Origin: an uncultured archaeon
GTDB lineage: Archaea; Asgardarchaeota; Lokiarchaeia; Sigyniarchaeales; SOKP01
NCBI GenBank assembly: GCA_964486045.1
Contig: CAZALK010000008.1
Coordinates: 128,001-192,000, forward strand
DNA length: 64,000 bases
Direction: 5' to 3'
The stretch's first letter is position 1; each line of letters begins with the position of its first letter. Shown one piece after another: positions 1 to 11,152 of the stretch. The notes under the pieces were generated by a model, which worked only from the letters and a program-made list of their open reading frames with translations, did not search any database and was not told where the DNA came from. A program made the position numbers and the translations under genes.

Positions 1-1
1 A

Positions 2-745
2 GACCTCAAATCCATTAAAGTCTGCAACACTGGTGCTGCTCCTATGCCCCCGGAGGTTCTTAAAGAGTTTGAAGAGAGAACAGGTGCTCGAGTAGTAGAA
101 GGATATGGTATGACAGAAGCCTCACCTGCAACGCACGTTAATCCATACAAAGGGACAAGGAAAATTGGTTCGGTAGGCTTGGCAATACCTAACACTGAAT
201 ACAAAATCGTTGATATTGATGATTACACAAAGATAGTACCTCAGGGTGAATCGGGGGAAATAATGATTAAAGGCCCACAGATCATGAAAGGCTATTGGAA
301 CAAACCAGAAGAAACTGCATTTCAATTAAAAGGTGAATGGTTATTAACCGGTGATATTGGAAGAATGGATGATGATGGCTATTTATTTATTGTAGATCGT
401 AAAAAAGATATGATAAATATCAGCGGGTTCAAAGTTTATCCAAGAGAAGTCGAAGATGTGCTATTTGAAAACGAAGCAGTTGAAAATGCTGCGGTAATAG
501 GTATCCCTAATCCAGAAATAGCAGGTAATGAAATAGTAAAGGCGTTCATAGTATTAAAAGATGGATTTAAAGAATCTGAAGAGATGAAAAGTGAGATAAA
601 GGAGTTTCTTAGAAAAAATGTGGCACCCTATAAAGTTCCAAAGTTGATAGATTTCAGGAAGGAACTCCCAGAGACACTTGTAGGTAAGGTTTTGAGAAAA
701 GAGTTAAAAGACATTGAAGCTAGGAATAGAGGAGAAGAAGTTTAA
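2..745 (+). CDS. Long-chain fatty acid-CoA ligase (AMP-binding), 5'-partial
   Basis: The frame is open from the window edge (DLKSIKVCNTGAAPMP...). It has the adenylate-forming motifs EGYGMTE, TGDIG, DRKKDMI and GKVLRKEL. Confidence 0.93.
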   Translation, partial: DLKSIKVCNTGAAPMPPEVLKEFEERTGARVVEGYGMTEASPATHVNPYKGTRKIGSVGLAIPNTEYKIVDIDDYTKIVPQGESGEIMIKGPQIMKGYWNKPEETAFQLKGEWLLTGDIGRMDDDGYLFIVDRKKDMINISGFKVYPREVEDVLFENEAVENAAVIGIPNPEIAGNEIVKAFIVLKDGFKESEEMKSEIKEFLRKNVAPYKVPKLIDFRKELPETLVGKVLRKELKDIEARNRGEEV

Positions 746-879
746 GTGTTACTTATCTTTTTATAACAAATTCTTTTTAATTTATATTTCAAAAATACTT
801 GTTCTTACTTACTATAAAGTTCCTTTAACGTTTTGAATATTAGCTAACTTTATTTCTTTCATACAATTTAAATAATATT

Positions 880-3474
880 ATGTTTATTTTTTTAGAGAAT
901 TTAGTTAAAACCGAAGGGACAAATGAAGAAATATTCTTAATCCCCCAACCTCGGTATATTAAAGCTATTAATTCTCTTAAAATGAAAATTAATGAAAAGA
1001 CAAGAGTAAGTACTGATTTAGGAGAAGGAGATCATTTTATTATTGAACGTCTGCAAGACACATTATTTGGTTTTAGTTTAAAAGAAAGATTAAATGTTGA
1101 TAGGGTTCAAAACCTAGATAAAAATCCTGAAGTAACAACCTTTTTAAACAAAAATATTACTCTTTTTCCAGAACCATTATATAATGTAATAACAGAAAAA
1201 AAGAATTATAAGGATCAAGGTTATCTATTGATTTCTAGGGATTCTAAATTGCTTATTGATGCAAATTCCATACTAGGTGTTTATTATGGTGTTCAGACTC
1301 TTATTCAGTTATTGAATTCAAGTCAAGAAAAGCTTTCGATAAATGAATTAATCATATTAGATTTTCCTGCTTTAGAAATTCGTGGTGTTTCTGATGATGT
1401 TTCAAGAGGTCAAGCACCTACTATTGAAAATTTGAAGAAATTCATCAAAACTTTAAGCCATTATAAGATTAATCAATATTATTTAGTGTATATGCAAGAT
1501 ATGATAATGTATGATAATTATCCTGATATTGGAAACAACAGGGGTGCCTATTCAAAAGAAGAATTAAATGAATTAATTAAATTTGCTGAAAAACATTTTG
1601 TCGAAATAATTCCAATTTTTCAAACAATAGGGCACTGGGATAATATTTTGCATAATCCTAATTACTGGAAATATGGAGAATTTCCTGGTTCAAATAGTTT
1701 AAATATTGCTAATGATGAAATCTATAAAATTTTAGATGATTTAATAAGTGAATTTCGAGAAATTTTTCCTTCTGATTATTTCCATATTGGTGCTGACGAG
1801 AGTTGGGATGTTGGAAAAGGTAGCTCAAAACAATATGTGAATGAAATTGGTCTTGGGAATGCCTATCTTACACATTATAAAAAAGTATATAATATAGCAA
1901 AGAAGCATGGGTATTCTAAAATTGTAATTTATCATGATATTCTCTATAAATTCAGAGAAGTTTTGGAAGGTTTAGCTAAAGACATTACAGTGATGTATTG
2001 GAACTATACTACGAAAACTAAAAATCCAATATTAGATAAGATTAAGAAGTTTGATTTTCCAATTATTGTCAGCCCTTCAATTATGGATTTTAATCGAATA
2101 TTTCCCTCTATTAAGAAATATGAACAAAATATAATGAATTTAACTAAATATGGGTTTAATAATGGAGTAATTGGTGAGGTTACGTCAAGTTGGGGTGATT
2201 ATAGGAATAAAGAATTAAGAGAGAATAGGATTTATGGGTTTATATTTTCAGCCTTAGTTGGATGGGATCCTATTAAAGAGATCAATTTATTAAAATTCTG
2301 GAAAGGATTATTCATCCATTTTTTCGGCATAACCGATCGACGGTTAATAGAGATATTTAGCAAGTATCGTTTAATTCAAGATAAGAATTTATTACATACT
2401 CGACCTTCGGCTTATTACAATCATTTTTTTGCTCAACCCTTTAATAAAATGACCTCGAGATACAGAAAAAATTTAAAAACTAAGGGATTTGATAATATAA
2501 TTTCCGACATGGACGAAATGATTAAAAAATGTGAAGAATTGGAGAAAATTGTCGTGAAAAATACGATTAATATTAGAAATCTTGCTTTTATAGCTAAACA
2601 TATTAGATTTTATTGCAGGAAAAGAATTAACTCAAAAAAAAATGTTGATATAAACATAAATAAAATTAAAAAAGATCAAAAAGATCGAATAATTCAAGAA
2701 CTCGTAGATTTGAAAGGAGAACTTACTGATCTATTAGAGGAGTATGAGGATTTATGGTTAAAGAGCTCTAAGAAAGAGGGATTTAAATCAATAAAGCAAA
2801 AATATCTATTTCTAAATAGATTTTATGATGATAAAATAGATGAAATAAGGGCAAACCGTAAATGGAAGGATCCAAATATTCCAAGTGAACTAATTTATTT
2901 AGATTCCAGTAATATCCATAGCAATTATTCAACATTCTATAAAAAGCTCATTCACGTTGATGAAGAGATAGATCAAGCATACTTACAAGTAATAGCTGGT
3001 ACATTTGCTAAAGTTTATGTAAATAATCAATATCTAGGGCATGTTATTACAAGGAGAACACTAAATTGGGTTGGTATTGAAAATAATATTCAAATTTTTA
3101 ACGTAAAAGAATACATTCAAAAAGGTGAGAATTCGTTAGAAATTGAAAATATTGATTATATTGGAGGGGTAGGTCCTATTAATGTATATGGAATTATCAA
3201 ACTAAGATCAGGGAAGTTAATTCAGATTAAAACAGATAAAACTTGGTTAGGTTCAAATAAAAAAAAAGATGATTGGAAAAAAGTTAGAAGTTTTGGAAAA
3301 CCGCCTAAAGCTACTGGTGGCTTAAATTACCCCGATTTTGAGAATAATATCCCATCGAAAGCCGATGATTCCATGCCATTTTTAAACACACTAATTAGTA
3401 AGATGTCTAAAAAGTATTTTTGGTTTGTGAAACTAATTGTTAAACTCTTTAATCGATATGATATTATTGAATGA
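880..3474 (+). CDS. Glycoside hydrolase family 20 (beta-N-acetylhexosaminidase-like) with C-terminal beta-sandwich
   Basis: N-terminal GH20b domain (LIPQP...[10 protein letters not shown]), DFP..RG..DDVSRG, and catalytic FHIGADE motif. No signal peptide is visible. Confidence 0.88.
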   Translation: MFIFLENLVKTEGTNEEIFLIPQPRYIKAINSLKMKINEKTRVSTDLGEGDHFIIERLQDTLFGFSLKERLNVDRVQNLDKNPEVTTFLNKNITLFPEPLYNVITEKKNYKDQGYLLISRDSKLLIDANSILGVYYGVQTLIQLLNSSQEKLSINELIILDFPALEIRGVSDDVSRGQAPTIENLKKFIKTLSHYKINQYYLVYMQDMIMYDNYPDIGNNRGAYSKEELNELIKFAEKHFVEIIPIFQTIGHWDNILHNPNYWKYGEFPGSNSLNIANDEIYKILDDLISEFREIFPSDYFHIGADESWDVGKGSSKQYVNEIGLGNAYLTHYKKVYNIAKKHGYSKIVIYHDILYKFREVLEGLAKDITVMYWNYTTKTKNPILDKIKKFDFPIIVSPSIMDFNRIFPSIKKYEQNIMNLTKYGFNNGVIGEVTSSWGDYRNKELRENRIYGFIFSALVGWDPIKEINLLKFWKGLFIHFFGITDRRLIEIFSKYRLIQDKNLLHTRPSAYYNHFFAQPFNKMTSRYRKNLKTKGFDNIISDMDEMIKKCEELEKIVVKNTINIRNLAFIAKHIRFYCRKRINSKKNVDININKIKKDQKDRIIQELVDLKGELTDLLEEYEDLWLKSSKKEGFKSIKQKYLFLNRFYDDKIDEIRANRKWKDPNIPSELIYLDSSNIHSNYSTFYKKLIHVDEEIDQAYLQVIAGTFAKVYVNNQYLGHVITRRTLNWVGIENNIQIFNVKEYIQKGENSLEIENIDYIGGVGPINVYGIIKLRSGKLIQIKTDKTWLGSNKKKDDWKKVRSFGKPPKATGGLNYPDFENNIPSKADDSMPFLNTLISKMSKKYFWFVKLIVKLFNRYDIIE

Positions 3475-3552
3475 ATGAGTTTTTAAAATCATATTCAAAC
3501 AAATTAGAAATTCTAAAATCATTGAAAACTTAACAGTAAAAAAAAATGTGAT

Positions 3553-3720
3553 TCAGTTCAAATTTTTTTCTTTCCAACTTGAAAGAAATTCTTTAAAATT
3601 ACCTTTAGGGATCCCTATGGTATTGAAAGATTTGCTATCATTTAGCTTATCCTCATTGGAAGGAGTATCTTTTCTTTTAAATGATAGTTCCCAATCATAA
3701 TAAGAAATTGCTTTAGACAT
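3553..3720 (-). CDS. Putative small protein, 55 aa (MSKAISYYDWELSFKRKDTP...FKEFLSSWKEKNLN)
   Basis: ATG at 3720 to TGA at 3553, read manually; it is below the ORF-track size cut-off and fills an otherwise empty gap. Confidence 0.4.
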   Translation of the reverse strand: MSKAISYYDWELSFKRKDTPSNEDKLNDSKSFNTIGIPKGNFKEFLSSWKEKNLN

Positions 3721-4044
3721 AATTTAATATTTGAATTTTATTAAGTTAAATCAACACAGACTACAAGTTTTCTAATGACTGGAAAAATAATACAAATTTG
3801 TCTATTTAGATTTATGGCTTATAATCCATAATACGTACCGAAAGAACATAATGATAAAAACTACAAAGGTTTTTTAGGATTAAGTTCAATATTTCTCTTC
3901 GACGGAGGTATCCGACAAAAATATTTGACTATAAATTTTTAAAAAAAGAGGAGTCATTAATTTAAAACAATAAATTCACAATGTTATGAAATCTTCACCA
4001 CATTTTTTAACCATTTTTATTAATAGGCAAAAATTATACTATTC

Positions 4045-5145
4045 ATGACTGAAGATGTACATCGGGAATTACAGAAACATCTGGATAAGATGCCAATTGG
4101 GTATCCTCCAACCGAATCTGGTGTTGAAATTAGGGTTTTGAAGCACCTTTTTACTCCAGAAGAAGCTCAACTTGCATTGAAATTAAATTTCCAAGTAGAA
4201 CCATTAATTCAAATCTATAAAAAAGTAGAAAGTGATGGAACATCAATAGAAGGACTTGAACAGATGTTAGATGACATGTATTTTAAGGGATTGATCAATC
4301 GCTGGAAACAAAAATTTGATGATGGTGAAGTCAAGCATTATAGTAATGCCTTTTTAGTTGTTGGGATGTTTGAATACCAGTTGGGGAAATTAACTAAAGA
4401 ATTCGTAGAAGATTTTCACGAATATTTGGAAGAAGCATTTTTTGAAGATAGTATGGCAGCTGGAATCCCACAATTACGGACCATTCCAATAGGGCAAACC
4501 ATCGAACACGAACAGGGAATTGCTTCGTATGATGATTTAAGATCTATTGTGAAAAATGCGGGGGGTCCATTTGCTGTGCAGGAATGTATTTGTCGTCAAG
4601 GTCAAGAAGTCCTTGGTAATCCTTGCCAAAAAACAAAGTTAGTTGACTCATGTTTACTTTTTCGAACGAATGCTAAAATAGCTATTGAAAAAGGGCACGC
4701 AAAGGAAATTTCGGAACAAGAATTACTAAAAGTTCTAGAAGACGGTGAAAAAAATGGATTAGTTCTTCAACCGGGTAATTCTCAGAGACCGGGTAACATA
4801 TGTATGTGTTGCGGATGTTGTTGTGAAATACTTACCAACACAAAAAGATTTCAGGATCCTGCGCGATTGTTTGCTACGAACTTTATTGCCGTCGTTGATG
4901 AAGATGTATGTTCTGGTTGTGGGACCTGCGAAACTCGTTGCAACATGGAAGCGGTACAAGTTGGTGATGATATTGCCGAAGTTGACATAAACAGATGCAT
5001 AGGTTGTGGGGTATGCGTTCCGACCTGCACGACAGAAGCAATGAGCCTTCAGAAAAAAGACAAAGAAACTATTCCACCTATAAATACTGTCGCGACGTAC
5101 ACAGCCATAATGATGAAAAGAGCAGAGTTATCAAAAGAGAAATAA
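4045..5145 (+). CDS. 4Fe-4S dicluster (ferredoxin) domain protein with N-terminal HTH-like region
   Basis: CxxCxxCxxxC motifs (CSGCGTCETRC, CIGCGVCVPTC), plus CICR and ICMCCGCCC clusters. Confidence 0.85.
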   Translation: MTEDVHRELQKHLDKMPIGYPPTESGVEIRVLKHLFTPEEAQLALKLNFQVEPLIQIYKKVESDGTSIEGLEQMLDDMYFKGLINRWKQKFDDGEVKHYSNAFLVVGMFEYQLGKLTKEFVEDFHEYLEEAFFEDSMAAGIPQLRTIPIGQTIEHEQGIASYDDLRSIVKNAGGPFAVQECICRQGQEVLGNPCQKTKLVDSCLLFRTNAKIAIEKGHAKEISEQELLKVLEDGEKNGLVLQPGNSQRPGNICMCCGCCCEILTNTKRFQDPARLFATNFIAVVDEDVCSGCGTCETRCNMEAVQVGDDIAEVDINRCIGCGVCVPTCTTEAMSLQKKDKETIPPINTVATYTAIMMKRAELSKEK

Positions 5146-5356
5146 AAAAAGGATATTGTTTATAGGAAAAAATGGAAAACAGATCAAATAGCATTAGAAC
5201 CTTAAATAAGGTAAGTTTCTTTAGTGATGGCCTTTAAAAGGTTCATCTGATTGTTTATAATTTTATATCTTTATAAACATAAGAAAAATGTAAAATTCTA
5301 GATAAATTCTCCATTTGTAGATTCTCCACAAATTATTTTTAAGATTTCAGATAATC

Positions 5357-5764
5357 TTATGGTTCCTTATAGTCCAATTGCCCAAACTCTAACATATGCC
5401 CAAGAATGTCTGTTGTATCGTAATAAACAAATTTATTTGATCCAATTTTACTTAAAATAACTTGTTTGAATCCCATCAAATCCCATTCTTTTATTTTTTC
5501 ATCCACATCTTCAACTTGAAATCCGATATGATGAAGACCACTATTACCTTCTTCTAAAAACGTATAAAATATAGATTCGGTATCTTGAGGTTCAATCAAG
5601 TCTATTCGTAAATTTGATTGTTTTCCGATCATAAATCTTGCTCCTTTAACTACAACATAATCAAACCGCATAGCTTTGTCTATTCCAAAAATTTTTTTGA
5701 AATTTTTAAGTGCTTCTTCAACATCTTTAAATACATACCCGATATGATCAATCTCACCAAACAC
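5357..5764 (-). CDS. VOC family protein (methylmalonyl-CoA epimerase/glyoxalase-like)
   Basis: DHIG, LIEP and GLHHIGFQVEDV motifs. GTG start preceded by a GGAG-type ribosome-binding site. Confidence 0.82.
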   Translation of the reverse strand: MFGEIDHIGYVFKDVEEALKNFKKIFGIDKAMRFDYVVVKGARFMIGKQSNLRIDLIEPQDTESIFYTFLEEGNSGLHHIGFQVEDVDEKIKEWDLMGFKQVILSKIGSNKFVYYDTTDILGHMLEFGQLDYKEP

Positions 5765-5903
5765 TGATTAAACTCACTCCTTACACTTTAATTATTTAAA
5801 AACAATATTATAACTAATTCCAACTCTAGTTTTGAAAATTATCTTTTCTTGAATTTCCAGTCCACTTTTTTTTCAGGATAATATTGACAATTTATAAGAA
5901 AAT

Positions 5904-7115
5904 CTAAAACCAGAAGTCCACCGCTTTTTCTGATCCATCTCCAATTTCCCTATTAAATCCTTTATAAATATCCTTTTGAATAATATGCTTCATGATCTCA
6001 TCAGTACCTCCACCTATTCGGTGGAGCCTTATATCTCGCAATAAACGTTCCACAGGATATTTGTTTGTGTATCCAATGCCACCCATAATCTGTAATGCAT
6101 CATCACAAATCTTGTGGGTACTTGTAACAATAAACAGTTTGCATGCTGCAGCAACTGCGGGGATATGCGCTTTTGTAGCGGATTTTTCATATAAAGCTTT
6201 TCCTGCTTGGTAGTTTGCAATCATTTCAGCAACTTTAAAACTTATTCCCTCAAATTCACTTATAGGTTTTCTAAACTGAACTCTTTCCTGAGAATATTTT
6301 ATTACGATTTCAATTGCTCGTTTAGCTACTGCCAAGGCTTGTAATGACATACCAACCCTTTCTGGACCAAGAAATTGTTGCATGCTTGAAATTGCAGATG
6401 TTCTCTTCTTCTGAGCTCCTTCGGTTGAGGATTTCAATTCTCTGTAAAACAGTTCGTTCTCTTTGGGAAGTTTTACATTGGTAAACTTCAGATGTCCCAA
6501 GTTAAGACCGTGAAGGCCCATTAACTTGTATTCTTCAAGCATTTCAAATCCTTCTCGATCGGATTCAACTATAAATGCCCCGTTTCGGGCATAGACAACC
6601 ATTATATCTGCTACACTACCGTTAGTTATAAACCTCTTTTCTCCATTAAGTATAAAATCACCATCTTTGTCCTTTTCATAAAGAGTTTTCATCCTTGAAA
6701 GATCAGATCCCGCATCAGGTTCGGTAAAACAAAAACATCCTTTTTTTTCGCCAGTTACTAAAGGTTTTTCATATTTTCCAAGAGTTTTCTCTTTTCTAAA
6801 GGTTCTTATCAAACTTGCAGGGTATGTACTTGAACCCCGAACCATATCATAAACTAAACTCTCATATGATAACGCCTCTGTTAATAACATTTCTTGAAGA
6901 TAAGAACCACCCCGACCCCCCATTTCTTTTGGATACCTTAATCCAAGTAATCCTCTTTTTCCTAATGGTTCCAAAACATCCCAAACATTAATTTTACCAT
7001 CCTCTAAATCTTGGGTTTTAGGGGCGACATCTGATGCAATTATTTCATCAATTTCGTTTTTAAACGCAACATCCTCTTCACTGAGGTGTTCAAGATCAAT
7101 AACAATTCTTTTCAT
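5904..7115 (-). CDS. Acyl-CoA dehydrogenase
   Basis: FTEPDAGSD, LNGEKRFITNG, RVQFRKPI, ALQIMGGIGY and IGGGTDEI motifs. Confidence 0.95.
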   Translation of the reverse strand: MKRIVIDLEHLSEEDVAFKNEIDEIIASDVAPKTQDLEDGKINVWDVLEPLGKRGLLGLRYPKEMGGRGGSYLQEMLLTEALSYESLVYDMVRGSSTYPASLIRTFRKEKTLGKYEKPLVTGEKKGCFCFTEPDAGSDLSRMKTLYEKDKDGDFILNGEKRFITNGSVADIMVVYARNGAFIVESDREGFEMLEEYKLMGLHGLNLGHLKFTNVKLPKENELFYRELKSSTEGAQKKRTSAISSMQQFLGPERVGMSLQALAVAKRAIEIVIKYSQERVQFRKPISEFEGISFKVAEMIANYQAGKALYEKSATKAHIPAVAAACKLFIVTSTHKICDDALQIMGGIGYTNKYPVERLLRDIRLHRIGGGTDEIMKHIIQKDIYKGFNREIGDGSEKAVDFWF

Positions 7116-7501
7116 TTTTCATCAATACGCTTTAGCTTTAATACCAGATTGCTCAATTTTCAATAATAATTTGAATAAACCAAATTATATAATCTTTCTC
7201 ACAGTTAAAGAGGTAAGAAATTGAGGAGAAGAAGTTTAAAGTATATGTGTTTGTGGGTGAAGGTTGGTATTGAAGATAGTTAAAAAAAAAATTGGTTATC
7301 TCAAAATGTGTTCTCAAATATGCTCCATTAAAAAGGAAATATTTTTTTTAATAATTGAATATACGTGTTTTGGTCGACTTACGTTATTATTTAGGAAGAA
7401 AAGATATCGAACACATCAACTTATATTAGAAATTTAATTAAACAGTATAATTAACGAAAATTTTTTCATTTGACAATTTAACAGATAATCAATAACTATA
7501 C

Positions 7502-8377
7502 TTGGTGAGTGTAATAGAATTAGGAATAAGTTCAATGGGGCACATTTTCGATTGTATTCGCTCCAATGAATTTAATAATTTAATAGATATATTATTAGAA
7601 TCTATAAAAGCTAGTCTTGAATATGCAGAACAAAAAAATCTAAGTGTTTGTGAGTTAATGCTAGAACCACCAGAAATCTTTTCGAGTGAAAATCAACAGA
7701 AAATTATTGATATCTGCAACTCGTATTCAATTAAAAAGCAAATTCATGCCCCTTTCATAGATCTTAAAATGTGTTCCTATAATCAACGTATATCTAAAGC
7801 GAGTATGGAATCTTGTGTTGAAGCAGCAAAAATTTGTGACCAGATCGATTCAGAAATATTAGTTATACACCCCGGTACCGTATTTGGGGGAAAATTTTTT
7901 AGAATGATAAGTAATGAAAAGTTAATCGAGAGGGTGAAGGATCTATTAAATGTAGTTACTCAAATGTACCCAAATCTTAAAATTTGCATTGAAAACATGC
8001 CTAAAAGAACAAATTATTTTATATCTGTGGAAGAGATTGAAATATTCTTGAATGATTTAAATAGAGAGAATATATTTTTAATATGGGATACGAGCCATTC
8101 GTGGACTTGCGACGTAAATCTTGAAGACTTTTGGGAAAAATTCCACAAGATCATAAAAAATATTCATCTTGCAGACAATGACAATAAAGAGAGCGATATG
8201 CATCCCACCTTAGGGTCCGGTAAGGTAAATTTTCCTGAGATTTTTGATTTAATTAAGAAATATAATTACAAGAATTCACTAATTGTAGAAATTAGTTCTG
8301 CTCAAGACCTTTCAAATAGTCTTGAATACGTAAAAAAACTCTTACAGATAAAAAAAATTAAAATAAAGCTTAATTAA
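7502..8377 (+). CDS. Sugar phosphate isomerase/epimerase family (xylose isomerase-like TIM barrel)
   Basis: HAPF, VIHPG, IENM, DTSH, HLADN..D.H..LG.G and terminal E metal-binding pattern. Confidence 0.85.
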   Translation: MVSVIELGISSMGHIFDCIRSNEFNNLIDILLESIKASLEYAEQKNLSVCELMLEPPEIFSSENQQKIIDICNSYSIKKQIHAPFIDLKMCSYNQRISKASMESCVEAAKICDQIDSEILVIHPGTVFGGKFFRMISNEKLIERVKDLLNVVTQMYPNLKICIENMPKRTNYFISVEEIEIFLNDLNRENIFLIWDTSHSWTCDVNLEDFWEKFHKIIKNIHLADNDNKESDMHPTLGSGKVNFPEIFDLIKKYNYKNSLIVEISSAQDLSNSLEYVKKLLQIKKIKIKLN

Positions 8378-8420
8378 TCGTTGAGTTAATTTTTAATAAT
8401 ATTAGAATATGTGAATTATT

Positions 8421-9341
8421 ATGATGAAGAGTCATTTCCACCAAAAAAGCAAATTGAAGAAAAGTAAATTAATAATTATTTTTATTCTGAGTGTAATACT
8501 TCTTTCCCCTTCAGTAAACTCCTCCTCAGTCGCACCAGCTCCGGCTGTTGAAGTAAAAGCGGGCGAAAGTTATAATTGGTTTTTAAAGGTAAATATTAGT
8601 AATTATATTGAGCTTTTAACTAATACAGGAGGACCTATATCAACTGAATTATTAGCACTAAATTTAATGGGGGATAGTGATGGACTTATTACGTTAACAG
8701 CAAAATTTGAAATACTATATATTCCAGATAATTTTGTTATTGATTCATTCTTTGATATAACCTTCACGATAGTTGAAGGAGAGTTTACTCTTGTTCCAGA
8801 TTACAATATATCCACAGCACCTATTTTTTACCCTCTGAATTTTTCAATATCTCCTACTTTGTCTAGGACCAATTTTTCAATTTTAAAGGGGGATACTCCT
8901 AGCTACTTTTCCGCACATAATGGGAATAATTATCCAAAGGGAACTTATCATGGGTTCTACCTGATCGTTCCAACTGATTTAGATTGGACTGTGACAGCAG
9001 CACAATTACAAACAGAAATAGGATCTTATTTTCGGAATAATTTTAATATTACGGATGCCAGTGTATCACCACAAAGTAATGGATTAAGGGTAGTTTCTCC
9101 CGCAGATACAACTATCCTTGCTACTGAACTTAATTTAAACTATAACACAAATGGAGTTCTCGAAACCGCATCTGGAAAATATGGAGGGACGACACTGTTT
9201 TCTTTAGAACTAACGAGTGACGAAACTATTGCTTTTGAGCTTCCGTTTCTCTTAAGCATCTTTGCTATCGCTACTGTTATACTACTAATTAGAAATAGGA
9301 AAAATCATAAATTGAGGACTGATAAAATAACATCAACTTAG
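8421..9341 (+). CDS. Secreted/surface protein with N-terminal signal and C-terminal TM anchor plus basic tail
   Basis: Basic then hydrophobic N-terminus; many NxS/T sequons; C-terminus ...IAFELPFLLSIFAIATVILLIRNRK. Confidence 0.7.
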   Translation: MMKSHFHQKSKLKKSKLIIIFILSVILLSPSVNSSSVAPAPAVEVKAGESYNWFLKVNISNYIELLTNTGGPISTELLALNLMGDSDGLITLTAKFEILYIPDNFVIDSFFDITFTIVEGEFTLVPDYNISTAPIFYPLNFSISPTLSRTNFSILKGDTPSYFSAHNGNNYPKGTYHGFYLIVPTDLDWTVTAAQLQTEIGSYFRNNFNITDASVSPQSNGLRVVSPADTTILATELNLNYNTNGVLETASGKYGGTTLFSLELTSDETIAFELPFLLSIFAIATVILLIRNRKNHKLRTDKITST

Positions 9342-9566
9342 CTTTTTTCATATAACTCTTAATTTGTGATCTTAATTTGTTGTTGTTAGATCGATATATC
9401 GGGTATTTTGAAATCGAAAACATTGGGGATTTCTTAAAGAATAAACCTCCTGCAGAAATGATAGAAACGATAGAACAAGCTTCGAAGGTCTGTTCGAATA
9501 CAAAAGAATGGATCGGTGAACAAATTGCCACAAATACCAATTAATGATCTTAGGTTGTAAAGAATT

Positions 9567-10190
9567 ATGCCAGCAAAAATAGATTTTAAAAAAAAGTTTA
9601 AAGAACTGTATCAACCAAGTGCAAAGGAAGTAGTTATAGTTAACGTTCCAGAAATGCAATTTCTCATGATTGATGGAATGGGCTCACCTGGTGATTCCCA
9701 AGAATACCAAGACGCACTCGCTACACTCTATCCTGTAGCATTTAAAACTAAATTCTTAAGTAAAGCAAAAGGTAAAGACTATGTTGTTCCACCCTCAGAG
9801 GGTTTATGGTGGGCTGATGACATGAATGACTATACGGGGGGAAATCGCGATAAATGGAAATGGACAATGATGATAATGCAGCCTGATTGGATTACTCAAA
9901 AAATGATTGATGAAGTAATCACGATTACAAATGACAAAAAACCTGAGCTTTCAGAATTATTACCTAAACTCAGACTAGAGAAATATACTGAAGGTAAGGC
10001 CGCTCAAATAATGCATATAGGCCCATATTCGGAGGAAGGTTCCACAGTTCAAAAAATTCATGAGTTCATCCAGAAGGAAGATGGAATATTCGACGGTCAA
10101 AATAATAAACACCATGAAATATATCTTAGTGATCCGAGAAAGGGTAATCCAGCGACCATGAAAACTGTTATAAGACAACCTTTTATCTAA
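9567..10190 (+). CDS. GyrI-like small-molecule-binding domain protein
   Basis: VPPSEGLWW, WKWTMMIMQPDW, HIGPYSEE and HHEIYLSDPR motifs. Confidence 0.88.
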   Translation: MPAKIDFKKKFKELYQPSAKEVVIVNVPEMQFLMIDGMGSPGDSQEYQDALATLYPVAFKTKFLSKAKGKDYVVPPSEGLWWADDMNDYTGGNRDKWKWTMMIMQPDWITQKMIDEVITITNDKKPELSELLPKLRLEKYTEGKAAQIMHIGPYSEEGSTVQKIHEFIQKEDGIFDGQNNKHHEIYLSDPRKGNPATMKTVIRQPFI

Positions 10191-10314
10191 CTTTTTTTCC
10201 TTTTTTTGAATTATTTCAAATTATTTTAAATTTTATTCGTTAAGACAAGATCCCAATCTTTATATTCTGGCGCTTTTGTAATTTTAATTAATAAAAAATT
10301 AATAGGTAAAAATT

Positions 10315-10863
10315 ATGAGTAATGAAGAAAAAAAGCAGATCAATGTAAGAGATTGGATTACGCTTAGTACAGTCATGATAGGAGCTGTTTTAACGATTTT
10401 GGCTCTAATTTGGCAACTTCCTCCTACAACTGGGGGAATTGGAACCGTAACGTTTCTTCTACTGCTTTCATTTATTCTCTTTGTGAATTCAGTCAGCGCA
10501 AATTCAAAAGCCAATTATGAAGCTAATTTAAGAATGGTAAATGAAAAACGTGTAGACCGGTTTGTCTCATTCGCGGAATACACATTTGGGTTAGCTTTCA
10601 CACTAGTTATCTTTGCTTTCGCGATTCTTGGTTATAAATATTTATTGATATCAACCAATATCGGTCGTACAATTGTCACATTAATGCTTCCAATAACTTT
10701 CCTTGTAGTCGCATGGGCATTGATTTTTATTTATAATACTATAAATTACTCAGGAGTCCTTAGCGCTTTAAAAAGCTTAAAAAGAAACATTTGGATTCTT
10801 CTAGAATTTATTTGTTTATTGTTTATCCTCGGTGATTTTTTCGAAATTTTTTCGATTCCTTAA
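10315..10863 (+). CDS. Hypothetical integral membrane protein (about 5 TM segments)
   Basis: Multiple hydrophobic segments, followed by a poly-T tract. Confidence 0.75.
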   Translation: MSNEEKKQINVRDWITLSTVMIGAVLTILALIWQLPPTTGGIGTVTFLLLLSFILFVNSVSANSKANYEANLRMVNEKRVDRFVSFAEYTFGLAFTLVIFAFAILGYKYLLISTNIGRTIVTLMLPITFLVVAWALIFIYNTINYSGVLSALKSLKRNIWILLEFICLLFILGDFFEIFSIP

Positions 10864-11152
10864 TCTTTTTTTTTTTTAATCCTTGGATTTCCACTAAATT
10901 TGAAAACATAATAGAGTATAATTTTCTTAATTATGGTTATTAGTATGACATAGAAGATGTATTTTTTCTGCCAATAGAAAGAATAAATAGATTTTCATAA
11001 GCTTAAGAATTAAATATTGTTTTCCCCTATCAATTTATAAATTAGGTTATTAAAAAAAGATCTAATTTATTAGTAGAACTTTAGCGTTTAGATATATACA
11101 ACATTTCTATAATTTTAAAATAAAAATTAAAAAAAATTAGACGTGATAAATA

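Noticed and set aside
729-7239. Exact 17-nt direct repeat gaggagaagaagtttaa at 729-745 (end of the CoA-ligase gene) and 7223-7239, a possible att-like duplication
   Set aside because: It is purine-rich and low complexity. A rough estimate gives about one such match by chance in 64 kb of AT-rich DNA, and the enclosed genes are ordinary metabolism with no recombinase.
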